Shown here piece after piece: positions 1-11,489 of a DNA stretch of 64,000 nt; within the stretch, counting starts at the first letter, position 1; each line of letters starts with the position of its first letter. A program made the position numbers and the translations under genes. This DNA is from an uncultured Clostridia bacterium (GTDB lineage Bacteria > Bacillota > Clostridia > TANB77 > CAG-508), in contig CAKOYQ010000004.1 in assembly GCA_934130935.1 (NCBI GenBank), positions 27,060-91,059 on the forward strand, written 5' to 3'. Below the pieces are notes generated by a model that worked only from the letters and a program-made list of their open reading frames with translations, was not told where the DNA came from and searched no databases.

Positions 1-906
1 CTGAATTTTTTTGTCATCTAAAGTAATTGCATCACTTTGTTCTTTTCCACCTGTTATTAGTACCGTATAAACTGAAATAACATCTTTCCATTCTGTTCTA
101 TGTGAATTTATTTCATACTCGTCATGTTCATTTGTGTTTTGAATTTCCGTAATTTTATTTGTAAATTCTCTATTTGTTTCACTTATTACAGAACTCATTG
201 ATTTGATATTTACTCCGTTCTCATTTGAAAAAAATATTCCATATATTGAACTACATAGCATTGCAATTAGGCATATAATAATTATTATAATTATAGCTAT
301 CCAACCTCCTGCAAGAATTGTTGCAATTAAAGCCTGTGTCCATGATATAATTGTTTTTATTGCAGTAGATATTGCTTTTATTGTTGCTTTAGTAGTTCTA
401 ATTGTTGTTTTTGCTGCCATTTTTGCTATTTGATAACTTTTTTTAGCAACTTTTACACTTGTTTTTAATGATTGTTTAGTTACTTTTTCAGCTTGTTTTA
501 TTTTTCGTGGTGTATTTTTTATAGTTTTTTTAGTTTTATTTTCTATTTTGTATATTGCTTTTCGTGTATTAGTGATATTTTCTTTTGTTTTAATGATTTT
601 ATTGTTTTCTGCTTTTTTATTTATTCTATTTTGGGCAATTTGAATATTATTTTTCGTTTTTAATACTGATTTTTGACCGTATTTATTAAAGGCATCTATT
701 CCCCTATTAGTTATTATTTTTGACTTTTCTTCTATTTGATTTGTACCATAATCAATTTCGTTATTTTCTTCATTACTTGCATTTTTAATATTATTTGTTT
801 TAGAATTTATAGAAACTAGATTATTTTTTAATTTTTGTTTATATATTGTTGCACCATCAAATTTTTTTATTTTTAATTCATTTTTTGGTTTTGTTTTTAT
901 ATCTGG
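1..906 (-). CDS. Membrane protein of the conjugative element, 3'-partial (gene continues past window start); Lys-rich N-terminus, one TM segment, then a hydrophilic domain
   Basis: Minus-strand frame is open from nt 1 to a TTG start at 906-904, preceded by GGAGG (913-909). Translation is LPDIKTKPKNELKIKKF...IAIIIIIIICLIAML...EWKDVISVYTVLITGGKEQSDAITLDDKKIQ. It sits where Tn916/Tn1549-type elements carry the Orf14/15-like envelope proteins, downstream of VirB4. The plus-strand ORFs 203..433 and 472..663 are low-complexity shadows of this gene. Confidence 0.4.
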
Positions 907-925
907 CAATATTATACCTCCATTC

Positions 926-1663
926 TTAACTTAATCTTTTTGCAACAACAACTAATCTTGCATTTTGACTTGTATAATCACAAGTAGATAAAGTTATAAA
1001 TTTATCTTTATAATTGCAATCTATTTGAGTATCAAAAAAAGCAAGTTCTTTACATTTATTTTTAAATGTATTAAACTCACTTTCACTATTAAAATTTATA
1101 TAATTATAGTAATCAAATCCGTTATTTATTATTGCTTTAAAAACATATATTATTTCATAGTTTCTCTCATCATTTAGTGTATATATATTTATGTTTTTAT
1201 GATTATTGTAATACTCTTGTCTTTTATAATTTTCAAGTTCTCCAAACATTTTAGAATTTTTTATATGATGACCATATACTATTAAATTATCACTTGTATT
1301 TATATCGCATTGTTCGGATAAATAAGGTGTTCCATAATATGAATATTGTTTATAAAAATTTTTTCTCAAATAAAAGTTGGGATTATTCAGTGTTTGCATT
1401 ATAGGATAATTTATATTACTATTATTTATTCTGATCCAAGCAATTATGTCTTTGTTCTGTTCATATAAGTTTTTTATATTAATATTTGAGTGTTCTTCTT
1501 CAAAATCTTCTGTATTGTCCTTTTGATATGCAGTGTCAATTACTTGTTCTATGATTTTTTCTTCTTCTATATCTTCTTTAATATTTTTTGATACAATTAT
1601 ACTGCTAATAGCCATAATAACTATTAACAATATAAGAAATAATATTTTTATAATTTGTTTCAA
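926..1663 (-). CDS. srtB: Class B sortase (SrtB family)
   Basis: N-terminal signal/TM segment, conserved His (LIVYGHH) and the catalytic TLSTC motif followed by a conserved Arg (ARLVVV). Lies in the same element as an adhesin ending in VPNTG. Confidence 0.7.
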   Translation of the reverse strand: MKQIIKILFLILLIVIMAISSIIVSKNIKEDIEEEKIIEQVIDTAYQKDNTEDFEEEHSNINIKNLYEQNKDIIAWIRINNSNINYPIMQTLNNPNFYLRKNFYKQYSYYGTPYLSEQCDINTSDNLIVYGHHIKNSKMFGELENYKRQEYYNNHKNINIYTLNDERNYEIIYVFKAIINNGFDYYNYINFNSESEFNTFKNKCKELAFFDTQIDCNYKDKFITLSTCDYTSQNARLVVVAKRLS

Positions 1664-4015
1664 CTTATTTCCTCCATTTTGTTTTTATCATCAAAGCGTG
1701 TTGTCATTAAACGATAAAGCTTTGTATTTTTCGGAAATTTATTTCTAAAAGGAAGAAGTGAACTCCTTACTCTAATAACTCCCTCGCCACATGGTACATT
1801 TGTTATATGTGCTTGTTCCATTTCTGACATTTTTAATAATGTTGCTAATTGGTCTCTATCAGTTGCTGACTGATTTAGCATTATTATAAATTCACTATTT
1901 GATAGCATTAAACTTGCTTTTTCATTGCATAATAATTCTTGAACATTTTGGGTTATTCCAGTTGCACAACCTCCGTATTTTCTTATTCTTTTCCATAAAG
2001 TATATACAAATTCTGTTGTATATTTATATCTAAATAGTAGATATATTTCATCAATAAAAATATATGTTCGCTTTCCGTTTTTTCCTATTTCTTGTTATTC
2101 TATTTAATATACTATCTAGTATTACTAGCATACCTATCGGTGTAAGTTGTTCTCCTAAGTCCATAATATCATAACATATTAGTCTGTTTTGTGTTTGAAC
2201 ATTTGTAGGTTTTGCAAAAGTGTTTAAATTTCCTTTTGTAAATAATTCTAATGCTAACGCAATATCTTTTGCCTCTCTTTCATTTTGTTTTAGTAAAACA
2301 TCTCTAAAATCTTCTAAGGTTGGTGGTGTTCCTTTAAAATTTCCTTGCTCATAATACTTATAAACGATATTAGTACATCTATCAATGATAGCTTTTTGAT
2401 TAGGTGTAATATTTTTTATAATCTGTTCGCATAAAGATAAAATAAATTCTGCTTTAGCGACAATTGGTCTATGATTTTCTGAATAGTCTTTATTCAAATC
2501 AAGTGCATTGATATGATTATCACTTGAGGCAGAAATCTTTATAACTTCTCCACCTAATGTTTTTATAACTGGTGCATATTCATTTTCAGGATCTAGTATT
2601 ATGATATCTGCATCAGGATCTTTTAAAGCAATAGATGTAATTTCATGTTTTGCAATGAATGACTTTCCACTTCCAGATACTCCTAGAATAAATGAATTTC
2701 CGTTTTGTAAGTTTCTTCTATCAACTAATACCATATTTTTAGATATAACATTTTGTCCATAATATATTCCTTGTGCATCTTGTATTTCTTGTACTTTAAA
2801 TGGTATAAAAGCTGATAGACTCTCTGTGATTAAAGTTCTATTTGTTTTTATTCTCTTTGTGCCACTTGGCAATACAGTATTTAAGCCATCCATCTGTTGA
2901 TATTTTAATGTTGCTAATTGACAAAGATATTTTCCTGCTGTTGTTTTTAGGCTTTCCGTATCACTATCTAATTCCTCTTTAGAATTAGCAGTATGAACTA
3001 TTATTAAATTGCACAAAAACATTTTTTGATTCCTATTTGTTAAATCATTTAACATTTCTTTACTTGCCTCTCTTTGTGCTTCTAAATCATAAGGTATTAC
3101 TGCTGAAAAATTATTGTTTTCATTTTGTCTTCTTTGCCAGTCTGATATATTTTTTTCTACTCCTAATCTTCTTTTCTCCGCTTCTCTTATTGCTTTTTCA
3201 ATAGGCATTGGTTTTATATCAATACTTAACATCATATTTTTATTAAGTTCTGTCAATTCTGATGCAATATCATCTTTAAGATAAGTTGCATATTCTTTAA
3301 GATATAATACTCTGCCATATCTATCTCCCATTTTGAAATAGTCACTTTTAAATTCAAATGTATCTGGACAAATATAATCTTTAAAGTCATGTCCTTTTTT
3401 CATAAATTCTTTTATATCAAATTTAAAAATATCTTCTTCTCCAACTCTATAAAAGTCATAAAAAATTCTTATTCTTTCATTAATATCTAATTCCTCTAGT
3501 TTTGAGCCTAGTTTAGCAAAACAACTTTCTAGTTTTGCACTTGTTTTTGCAAAGTATGTTCTTGCTGATGCTATATCTGGTTTATCTATTGTAATTGTTA
3601 TTAGTTTTTCTTGTATAATTCCATTAGTTTCTATTGAACAACTAGCTAATATATCATTATATTCTTTTCTATATGGTGTTAAATCATCATTTCCTATATC
3701 TAGTTTCATTTTACTATCAAAATCAACTTTATTAAGTTTTCGATTTATTATAGTTAATTTATTGTCTGCACTCTCATCTAACATATTTAATATAGTCCCA
3801 TAGTTAATAAACATATTTTCTTGTTCTTCTTGTCCGGCTACTGCGTAATTAATATCTGTAAATTTAAAAGATTTTGAATACTTTTCTTTACCAACTTGGA
3901 AAATACCATCGTTAAATATTGCTTTAATCGGTAGTGCTTGTTGTACTGATTTTGGTATTTTTATTTTTTCTTCTTTGTTTTTTCTTTGAAAAATCTTTTT
4001 TAATAATCTTATCAC
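1660..4015 (-). pseudogene. VirB4/TcpF/Orf16-like conjugative transfer ATPase, split by a frameshift (ORFs 2051..4015 and 1660..1908)
   Basis: The 654-aa ORF has Walker A GVSGSGKSF and the VirB4-type ILDPENEY motif. The 82-aa ORF 1660..1908 (NSEFIIMLNQSATDRDQLATLL...IPFRNKFPKNTKLYRLMTT) matches the conserved VirB4/Orf16 C-terminus but is in another frame. Together they are about 785 aa, the expected size. Confidence 0.75.
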
Positions 4016-4370
4016 TTTTTACTCTCTCCTTTTTCAATTTTCTATTTTCATTTTTTATTAATTCGTCATATATATTTTCTGGCTTAAATAATAAAACACT
4101 TGGTGTTAATATTTCTGACTTTATCCAAGCAACTATAAATTCTTCTGCATACATTCCGTTATATTTTATAAATCCAAATAATGCAAAAGGTGCAGCACCT
4201 AAAATACATAACCACGATAATGTTTCAATTCCTAGAAAATTCCTTAAGATAAAATATAAAAATATTGCAATTCCAACGGCTAAAGATGAAAAAATGAACT
4301 GCCTCATAGACAGTCCAAAAAATATTGATTCATTAAAATCTCGTATTTCTTTATTAATTTTTATTTCCAT
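3924..4370 (-). CDS. TcpE-family small integral membrane conjugation protein
   Basis: 148 aa with two TM helices (FIFSSLAVGIAIFLYFIL, LCILGAAPFALFGFI). Sits immediately upstream of virB4, overlapping it as in Tn916 orf17/tcpE. Confidence 0.55.
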   Translation of the reverse strand: MEIKINKEIRDFNESIFFGLSMRQFIFSSLAVGIAIFLYFILRNFLGIETLSWLCILGAAPFALFGFIKYNGMYAEEFIVAWIKSEILTPSVLLFKPENIYDELIKNENRKLKKERVKSDKIIKKDFSKKKQRRKNKNTKISTTSTTD

Positions 4371-4410
4371 TTATTTAACACCACCTTTTTTATCAATCTT
4401 TTTTTCATTG

Positions 4411-4761
4411 CTAAACCTCTCTTTCAATATTTTCTTTGCTTTTGTTTTTTTCTTTTTCTTTTTCGTCTTTTATCATAGATTTTATAATATCAGCTTTTTT
4501 ATTTTCTTTTACCCATTCTTTTATATATTGTTTTTTGGGTCTTGTGCATAAATAACTATCTGAATAGCATAAAATATTATGTTCGGTTTGTTGTAGCATT
4601 TCTTTCAAAATATCAATTCTTGATATATTACCAAGCTTTTCTAGTGCTTTTGTTGTTGCATTATAATCTTCTTCTGTTAAATAACTATATGATTCTAAAA
4701 ATTCATCTTTAGTTAATTTAAAATAATCTTGTATTTTTTCTTCATCATTTATAAAATCCAT
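4411..4761 (-). CDS. Hypothetical protein (116 aa), conjugative element
   Basis: ORF with no recognisable motif, packed tightly between the TcpE-like and VirB6-like genes. Confidence 0.4.
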   Translation of the reverse strand: MDFINDEEKIQDYFKLTKDEFLESYSYLTEEDYNATTKALEKLGNISRIDILKEMLQQTEHNILCYSDSYLCTRPKKQYIKEWVKENKKADIIKSMIKDEKEKEKNKSKENIEREV

Positions 4762-4773
4762 ACATTTTCCTCC

Positions 4774-5615
4774 TTATAGTCCCATCATTTCTCTTACAAC
4801 TCTATCTGAAGCTTTTATTGTTCCAACTAGCACCAACATATTAAATGCTAATTCGCCAATATACATCCATACTTGAGTAACTGCTTGTGCTGAAGTATCT
4901 ATTGCTGGTGGGTTACTTGCAAATACTGAAAATATAATACAAGCAAGTATTATAATTGCTCCCTCTAAACAAACTGCCGTATAACTTTTTAAAAATCCTT
5001 TTCCTATATGACCTGTTGGCTCTCCTCCAAAAGTTGATAAAGGAATTGGAGATAATGCAGTATATAGATATAATTTAAAAAATCGTCCATATACAGTCAA
5101 AATCATTATATAAGCAAGTATAGTTACTACAATTCCTCCAATTAAGGTTACTGCCCATAATGGAATACTCTCAAAAAAGCCACAACTTTCTATTGTTGTA
5201 ATCAATTCTTGTGGCAAATGTGCTTCTACTGCATTTCCAAGTCCTGCCGTTTGCATTATTGTTTGTACTATTCCTTGTGCAATTTTAAAAATAGAAAGCA
5301 TTAATTCTAGTCCATAGGTTATAACTGCTTTGGCTAATGCAAAGCGTATAAATAATTTAAAAACTTGTTCTGGCTTTTTTACTTCTGCAAAACTTCCGAC
5401 AAGTTTTTATTATGCCAACTAGAAAAAAGATAACTAATAATGCTAACCCTATCGCTTGAATTGCACCATTTATATTGACAATAACATTCCATATATTACC
5501 GCCCTTTAAAAGTTTCAGGACTTTGAGAAATTAATTGCCATATTTCATTTAATTTATCGTTCCAAACGCTCAATGTATATTGGAGCATTCCAACAATCCA
5601 ATTATCTGACATCAT
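4774..5615 (-). pseudogene. VirB6/TrbL-like polytopic membrane protein, apparently interrupted by two frameshifts near 5350-5500
   Basis: ATG at 5615-5613 behind AGGAGG gives MMSDNWIVGMLQYTLSVWNDKLNEIWQLISQSPETFKG, then a stop. A second frame carries GGNIWNVIVNINGAIQAIGLALLVIFFLVGIIKTC. A third runs ...SFAEVKKPEQVFKLFIRFALAKAVITYGLEL into the 175-aa ORF 4774..5301, which has multiple TM helices. The total of about 280 aa is typical for TrbL/VirB6-like proteins. Confidence 0.55.
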
Positions 5616-5671
5616 TTTCCTCCTTAAAATCAAATTTAGGGCAAGTTTAGATACTTACCCTACAAACTTTA

Positions 5672-6097
5672 TTATCCACCTGTAATTATGGCTAAAATTT
5701 CCTTTGCAAATGTTATAATTACACCACCTGCTACTGTCAAAAAGCCGTTCGCTCTTTGACTAGCGTCATGGCTTTTTAGCGCTAATCCAACTTGGACAAT
5801 TCCCCATCCAAGCATTATCATTCCAATTGCTCTTATTATTCCAAACATAAATGTTGATAAATTATTTATAACTGCTAAAGGATCATCTGTTGCAAAAACT
5901 TGACTTGCTTGTAATATATTTAAAAGCACAACATATGCCATAATTAGTAGTCCTTTTGTCATTATTTTATAAATCACTTTTCCATTTTTATTTTTTAATT
6001 CATTTTTTTTATTTTCCATATTTTTTAATCCTTTCCTTTTAATAAAAAAAGCAAGGAAAATTAATTTAATCCTTGCTAATCCATTATTCATTTTCAC
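5672..6097 (-). CDS. Maff2-family / VirB2-like small secreted hydrophobic protein (real start is probably an internal Met)
   Basis: Signal-peptide-like LIMAYVVLLNILQASQVFA, then a roughly 70-aa hydrophobic mature region: GIIRAIGMIMLGWGIVQVGLALKSHDASQRANGFLTVAGGVIITFAKEIL. Sits between the coupling protein and the VirB6-like gene. Confidence 0.5.
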   Translation of the reverse strand: MKMNNGLARIKLIFLAFFIKRKGLKNMENKKNELKNKNGKVIYKIMTKGLLIMAYVVLLNILQASQVFATDDPLAVINNLSTFMFGIIRAIGMIMLGWGIVQVGLALKSHDASQRANGFLTVAGGVIITFAKEILAIITGG

Positions 6098-7948
6098 TTA
6101 AATATTCTTCAATATCTTCTTCTGATAATAATTCATAATTGTAATCTTTATTATCAAAATTTTGTATAACTAATACATTTTCAAGTTCTGATAATTCATC
6201 TTCTGTCAATTCTTTTATCTCTCCAGTTGCTCTTGTAACTTCTCCATGTTCATACATTTTTCCGTCTCCATCTGCAGTATATTTTACATTGGGGTGTTTC
6301 AATATATCATATTTAAAATCAATTACTGGTTTTTCCCCTCTAATCAATAGAATTGCTTTATCATTATCAAGCATTCTAACTTCATCAGCCATTAATAATT
6401 CTCTACCTGTCTGCTGATAGTTTGTAGAGTAACTACCACTATGTCCGGTACTTTTTCCATAAGTGTTCAAATCAATATTTTCTTTTCCGTAGGAGTTCTG
6501 AAACCATTTTATGTGTAGATTGTTCGTTGCCGTCCGAAGATACAGAAATTCGTCACAATTTCCGTACAATACTTTCCCACTGCTTTTCAAATAATGCCTT
6601 TAATTGAGAAATATTTTGTAAAATGATAGATACAAATACATTTCTTGAACGCATTACAGATAAAATCTTGTCAAAATCGTCTGGCAATGCAACATTAGCA
6701 AATTCGTCCATTAAAAAATGGATTGGAACTGGCAATGCACCTCTATAATTATTATCTGCTCTGTAAAAAGCATTTTGAAATATTTGAGTATATAAAATAC
6801 TTACCAAAAAGTTATATGATGTATGTGTGTCTGGTATAACTGCAAATACTGCGATTTTTTCTTCGCCAAGTCTATCTAATTCCATTTCATCTGTCATTGT
6901 TAAATTAGCTATTTCATCAAGATTAAATTTCTCTAATTTTGATGACAATGTTACTTGAATAGATTTTAATGTTCTACCAGCCCCAGAATGATAGTCTTTA
7001 TAATATTTTACTGCAATATGGTCTGGATTTCGATATTCTAGTTTTTTAAATAGTATATCCAACGGACTCTCATAATCTTCATCATCTTCTTTAGGTTTTC
7101 CTGCTCTTAACATTTCTCCAACTACTGCAAAATTTTGTTCTTCTTCTGGTGCTTCATATTTTAAATAAAATATAAGTGCTGAAAGTAACATTTGAGCTGC
7201 AATGTCCCAGAATGGATCTGAACTTGCTCCTGTCCCTTTTGGTGTTGTACTCTTAAAAAGATTCGCCACTAACTTTTGAACATCATTGTCATCTTGTATA
7301 TATTTAAACGGATTATAACAATGGCTTAATCTAGGGGTTACTAAATCAAGTATTCTTATTTTGTATCCCTCTTTTTCTAATAAACTTCCTGTATCTCGTA
7401 AAATTTCTCCGTTTTGGGTCTAATATAACATACGAGCAATTACATTGTAATATATTAGGTTTTACATAGAAACGAGTTTTACCAGCACCGCTACCACCAC
7501 AAACTAATGTGTTTAGATTTCTTCTATGTTTTTGAGCTTTTAGACCTATCTTTATATTCTGTGTTAATATTTTGTTATTATATTGAGGTTTCTGCATATA
7601 CTTCTTGTTTATTTGACTTGCAATGCCCCATATTGCTGACCCGTATTCTTCGCCTCGTCTATAATTTCTTTTACTAGATATATAAATTCCAATTCCTAAT
7701 AAATAACAGAGCAAAAAAATAAAGACAGTCTTTAAACTATCTTTGCAAATCTCAATATCAAATGGTGCATTCATTTTTGTTGGCAAATTATTTATTATTC
7801 CAATTAGTCCACTGCTTAAATAAGGTGCTACTAATAAAGCAAACCATATAACACCGATTCCTCCCAAAATATATAACACAATATTAGTTTTATCTTTCAT
7901 CTCTTTTTTCCTTTTTAAATAAAGATTTTTTCTTAATTGGGGCATCAA
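6084..7948 (-). pseudogene. VirD4/TraG-family type IV coupling protein, split into three ORFs (7346..7948, 6553..7269, 6084..6590)
   Basis: N-terminal TM helices plus Walker A VCGGSGAGKT and ILDPK in ORF 7346..7948. The VirD4 DPFW motif (SSDPFWDIAAQMLL) and LMDEFANV are in ORF 6553..7269. The C-terminal domain is in ORF 6084..6590. The pieces sum to about 606 aa and sit in different frames. Confidence 0.75.
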
Positions 7949-8084
7949 TTACTTTTTCTAATATTTCATCTATGAAATCATTATCTTTATTTTCTTCAAT
8001 AAGGCTTTTTCTTTTATCATTTAGAATATTTGCAAGTACCTTTTGTTCATAGGAGTCCATTTCCAAAATTCTTTTTTCGTTCAT
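7890..8084 (-). CDS. Hypothetical small protein (64 aa)
   Basis: ORF only; overlaps the start of the coupling-protein gene. Confidence 0.3.
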   Translation of the reverse strand: MNEKRILEMDSYEQKVLANILNDKRKSLIEENKDNDFIDEILEKVIDAPIKKKSLFKKEKRDER

Positions 8085-8090
8085 TGTTTT

Positions 8091-9011
8091 CTACCTTTCT
8101 TGAACAGATTTTTTCTTTTCATTTTCTTTATTTTTATTACTAATATCAAAATAATCAATAATTCTTGAATTAATCTTTTCATAATTGTTTCTTATTTTTT
8201 CAAGTTCTTGTCTAATTTCTTTTCCTTCAATTTTATTTGCTATTTCTTTTGGCAATTCACTAAATTTAAAATTATCTACACTTATTCCATATCTTTTGCA
8301 AAGCATATATGAAATACAATAACATCTAAAACTCTTTAATTCACTATCTTGAATATCTTTCATTTCAATACTAGCCATTTCTCTATATAGACTAGAAAAT
8401 AAAAGTTCTCTGTCCATTCCTCTACATACATATAAAACATTTTCGGTCTTATTGTATTCAGAACTAATACTTCCATCATTTAAAGTATTTACTGCCTTTC
8501 TAGGAACATCACACCCATTTAAAACAGCCTCTAATAATCTTCTATCTCCATAATTAATTGTAGTTTCAGGTATTTCACAATTTGTCTGACTGATATCAAA
8601 TACTTCTTTAGGATTATAAAATATTCTACCATTGCTTTTAACAGGCTCTAATATTTTTATTCCTGTTTCTTCATCTTTTATATATATATCTTTTTCATTC
8701 CACGCTCGTGCATCTTTAATTTGTGTTGCATTCGGCATTTTATCTAATATAACTAGACAATTCCCAACAGAATGTTTATAAAATCTACTTTGAACATCTA
8801 AATATTTTTGAAAATCATCTCCATTTTTAATTATATTTAATGATTTTTTATTCATTATTTCATATATTTCTTGTCTAGCTTTATTTTGTTCTTCTTTCCA
8901 ATTATTTTTATAACTATTATAATTATTTTGTTTTGTATTATTAGGTTTTTGTTTTATAGAATATTTATCATTTTGTGGAGATGTACCTAATATATCATCT
9001 ACTTCATTCAC
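8091..9011 (-). CDS. Hypothetical conjugative-element protein (306 aa)
   Basis: ORF with good coding character; N-terminus rich in N/K. Sits between the PcfB-like and coupling-protein genes, a slot usually held by anti-restriction or accessory transfer proteins. No family recognised. Confidence 0.45.
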   Translation of the reverse strand: MNEVDDILGTSPQNDKYSIKQKPNNTKQNNYNSYKNNWKEEQNKARQEIYEIMNKKSLNIIKNGDDFQKYLDVQSRFYKHSVGNCLVILDKMPNATQIKDARAWNEKDIYIKDEETGIKILEPVKSNGRIFYNPKEVFDISQTNCEIPETTINYGDRRLLEAVLNGCDVPRKAVNTLNDGSISSEYNKTENVLYVCRGMDRELLFSSLYREMASIEMKDIQDSELKSFRCYCISYMLCKRYGISVDNFKFSELPKEIANKIEGKEIRQELEKIRNNYEKINSRIIDYFDISNKNKENEKKKSVQER

Positions 9012-9012
9012 T

Positions 9013-9786
9013 TTATTTGCCCCTTTCCTTTGATTTTTTTACTTTTTCTTTATAATGTTTAGGCTCTTTATATCTCTTGCCTTTATGCTTATTTTTGTGT
9101 TTTTCTTTTGTGTTTTCTTTTTCTTTATAATGTTTTCCATTTGTTTGATTTTTCTCAAGCTGTCTTTTTATATAGTCCAGTTCTTTTAATACAGATGGCT
9201 TTTCAGTTTGCTTGTCTTTTTGCTTGGTATTTAAGGAATTCTCTAACTGATTCTTTTTTTCCGTCTTTTGTTTGTTATTACTGGGAATTTGCTTTTCCTC
9301 TTCCTTTGATGTTGGCATTATTTCATCAATAAAAATTTCATCTTCTGATTTCTCTGCTAATTTGGCTAATTTTTCTTCTTTGGCTTTTTCCATTTCTTCT
9401 TTGATAATTGTAACATCTTTAAAGTTAAATCTTTCTGCTATTCTGTTCATTTTCCCTGCATCTTCTTCTTTAATCATAATATCTACCATTCCATCAATTT
9501 TTGAATTGTTTTTATTAGCTAAAGCACAATATAAAATCCCATATTTTTTAGCCTCTTGAGAAAACTTTTTCAATTCATCTGCACTAATAGTAAAGATTTT
9601 TAAAGGTTTATTTGTTTTTAGCATATTGGTTAATCTTGTTTTTCCTCTTGTTGCTTGTTTTTCTTTTGACATAGCAATTAACATCATTGCAATATTTTTT
9701 GCAGCAGTTCCTGTAACTCTTAAAGACATTTCAACACCCTCTAAATAAATTTTAACAATTTCTTCAGCTGAGTCTGCAGTATTCAC
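9013..9786 (-). CDS. PcfB-like (DUF3801) conjugative element protein with a Lys/Glu-rich C-terminal tail
   Basis: N-terminal MNTADSAEEIVKIYLEGVEMSLRVTGTAAKNIAMMLIAM resembles the PcfB/DUF3801 proteins encoded next to relaxases in Firmicutes elements. The C-terminal 100 aa are low-complexity K/E-rich. Confidence 0.4.
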   Translation of the reverse strand: MNTADSAEEIVKIYLEGVEMSLRVTGTAAKNIAMMLIAMSKEKQATRGKTRLTNMLKTNKPLKIFTISADELKKFSQEAKKYGILYCALANKNNSKIDGMVDIMIKEEDAGKMNRIAERFNFKDVTIIKEEMEKAKEEKLAKLAEKSEDEIFIDEIMPTSKEEEKQIPSNNKQKTEKKNQLENSLNTKQKDKQTEKPSVLKELDYIKRQLEKNQTNGKHYKEKENTKEKHKNKHKGKRYKEPKHYKEKVKKSKERGK

Positions 9787-11135
9787 TTTTCTAGTTCTCC
9801 TTTCATTTTATTTTTTTCTTGACTTTGTTGCTGTTCCATTTCTTGCATTTCTTGTTTTATTTTTTGTGTTTGATTTTCAATTCTTTCAATACACACCACC
9901 TCCTGTTTTAAACATTTTATCTTGTTTGATATTTCTAAAATTTCATCACATAATGCTTGTCTAATTTCTGGAATATTTTCTTTTTGCCTTTTTCTACGAA
10001 GTTTATTTCTTTGTGCTATTTGATTTTTTAGTTCATCATTTACAAGATTTTTATATGAAAAAAGTTCCTTTGTAGTTTTTATCTTATTTCTACAAAGAAA
10101 CCTCATATCATCTGAAAATTCATCTAATTTTTTACTTTCTGCTCGTTGTTCTGGTGTTAGTCTATATCTTGTTTTTGTACTTTTGGGAAATACTTTTAAC
10201 ATATAGCAATAATAAAGATATAATTTATAAAGACTGCCTCTATCTATACTGAAAACTTTTGGTTTTGATTTTGAAGTATAGATTTTTGTCTCTCTATATT
10301 TCTCTGGAAATGGTATTCTAGTTGTTTCTGTATTCATAATTCTTTCAGTAATATTATTAATTGAATATTCTTCTCCAAAACTTCTTTCTATTCTGATATT
10401 TCTTTTATAAGGTGGTCTTACTAAACTTATTTTATTTGCACGAATTGTAATTGTATATCCCATTTTTTTCAAAATACTTTCAAAATTTTTATATGAATAT
10501 GCTTGTGCTATTGCAAAATCAACATCATCTTTTGTTGTAGTATAATAATCTGATTTTTGAATATAAGAATTATAATATTTTGTATAATCTATATTGTGTT
10601 TACCACATGGCTTTTCTTCTATGACGCTTAATCCATATTCTTTGCATAATTCATCTGAGATTTTTCTCATCATTGCATAATTTTCTCTATTGTTTATATA
10701 TTTTTTTCCGTCTACAAATGAAACAGAATTTACTACAAAATGATTATGAAAATGATTCGTATTAAGATGAGTTGATACTAATACCTCATATTTATCTCCC
10801 CATAATTCTTCAGCAAGTCTAACACCAATTTCGTGTGCTTGTTTAGCAGTTACCTCGCCTTCGACAAAAGATTGAAACCCATGATATGCAACAATGCCTT
10901 TCTCTTTTCCATAATATTTTTTTGTTTGTAACATATCTTGAACACTATCTGTTGTAGAACAATTAATTCCTGTAACATAGTATTGTTTTTCAGTTTTATA
11001 ATCTGCTGTTGCATATTCTATTGTATTATGGAGTGCTTTATACATTTCTTTATTTTCAGTTTTTTCTGAATTAGTTGTATAATTTATAACTTTGTCTATT
11101 CTATTTTGAATTTTCCATAAGCTCGTAGTTGCCAT
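9783..11135 (-). CDS. Relaxase / mobilization nuclease (MOBP-type, MobA/VirD2 superfamily)
   Basis: Histidine-triad motif HLNTNHFHNHFVVNSVS near the N-terminus, upstream Tyr-containing motifs, C-terminal coiled-coil. Directly follows the mobC-like gene and the oriT hairpins. Confidence 0.8.
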   Translation of the reverse strand: MATTSLWKIQNRIDKVINYTTNSEKTENKEMYKALHNTIEYATADYKTEKQYYVTGINCSTTDSVQDMLQTKKYYGKEKGIVAYHGFQSFVEGEVTAKQAHEIGVRLAEELWGDKYEVLVSTHLNTNHFHNHFVVNSVSFVDGKKYINNRENYAMMRKISDELCKEYGLSVIEEKPCGKHNIDYTKYYNSYIQKSDYYTTTKDDVDFAIAQAYSYKNFESILKKMGYTITIRANKISLVRPPYKRNIRIERSFGEEYSINNITERIMNTETTRIPFPEKYRETKIYTSKSKPKVFSIDRGSLYKLYLYYCYMLKVFPKSTKTRYRLTPEQRAESKKLDEFSDDMRFLCRNKIKTTKELFSYKNLVNDELKNQIAQRNKLRRKRQKENIPEIRQALCDEILEISNKIKCLKQEVVCIERIENQTQKIKQEMQEMEQQQSQEKNKMKGELEK

Positions 11136-11138
11136 ATT

Positions 11139-11459
11139 TTATAAATACCTTTCCTTAATATCTAATCTGAATTTTCTCCATTCAAGTATTTCATCATTCA
11201 GTATTCTTTCATCGATAAAGTCTTTATTATATAAAAGTCTTTCTAACTGAGATAGCACTCTTATAAAATCAGTCATCTTCTTTTTCATTGTTCTAGAAAA
11301 TTCTTGATCTGCTTTTTCTCTTATTTCACATCCCATAGCTGACATTCTTACAAATTCTGAAAAGTTTTTCCCAGCTAAATCTGCTCTCCTTTTTATAGTA
11401 TTTTTTTCTTTATCATTCATTCTAATATGAACAGTTATATATTTTGTATCATCTTTCAT
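11139..11459 (-). CDS. mobC: MobC-family relaxosome accessory protein (ribbon-helix-helix)
   Basis: 106 aa, KNTIKRRADLAGKNFSEFVRMSAMG is MobC-like. Immediately upstream of the relaxase gene. Confidence 0.6.
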   Translation of the reverse strand: MKDDTKYITVHIRMNDKEKNTIKRRADLAGKNFSEFVRMSAMGCEIREKADQEFSRTMKKKMTDFIRVLSQLERLLYNKDFIDERILNDEILEWRKFRLDIKERYL

Positions 11460-11489
11460 TTTTTTCTGTTCCTTTCTTTTATTTTTTTA

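Noticed and set aside
203-663. Plus-strand ORFs 203..433 and 472..663 (and similar low-complexity plus-strand ORFs such as 3934..4551, 9108..9559, 15649..16069, 23598..23918, 52672..53157)
   Set aside because: They are Ile/Phe/Leu-rich translations of the antisense strand of AT-rich minus-strand genes, with no RBS and no motif. They are shadow ORFs.
5672-5680. TTATCCACC DnaA-box-like sequence
   Set aside because: Single occurrence inside a coding region. No cluster of DnaA boxes or oriC context anywhere in the window.
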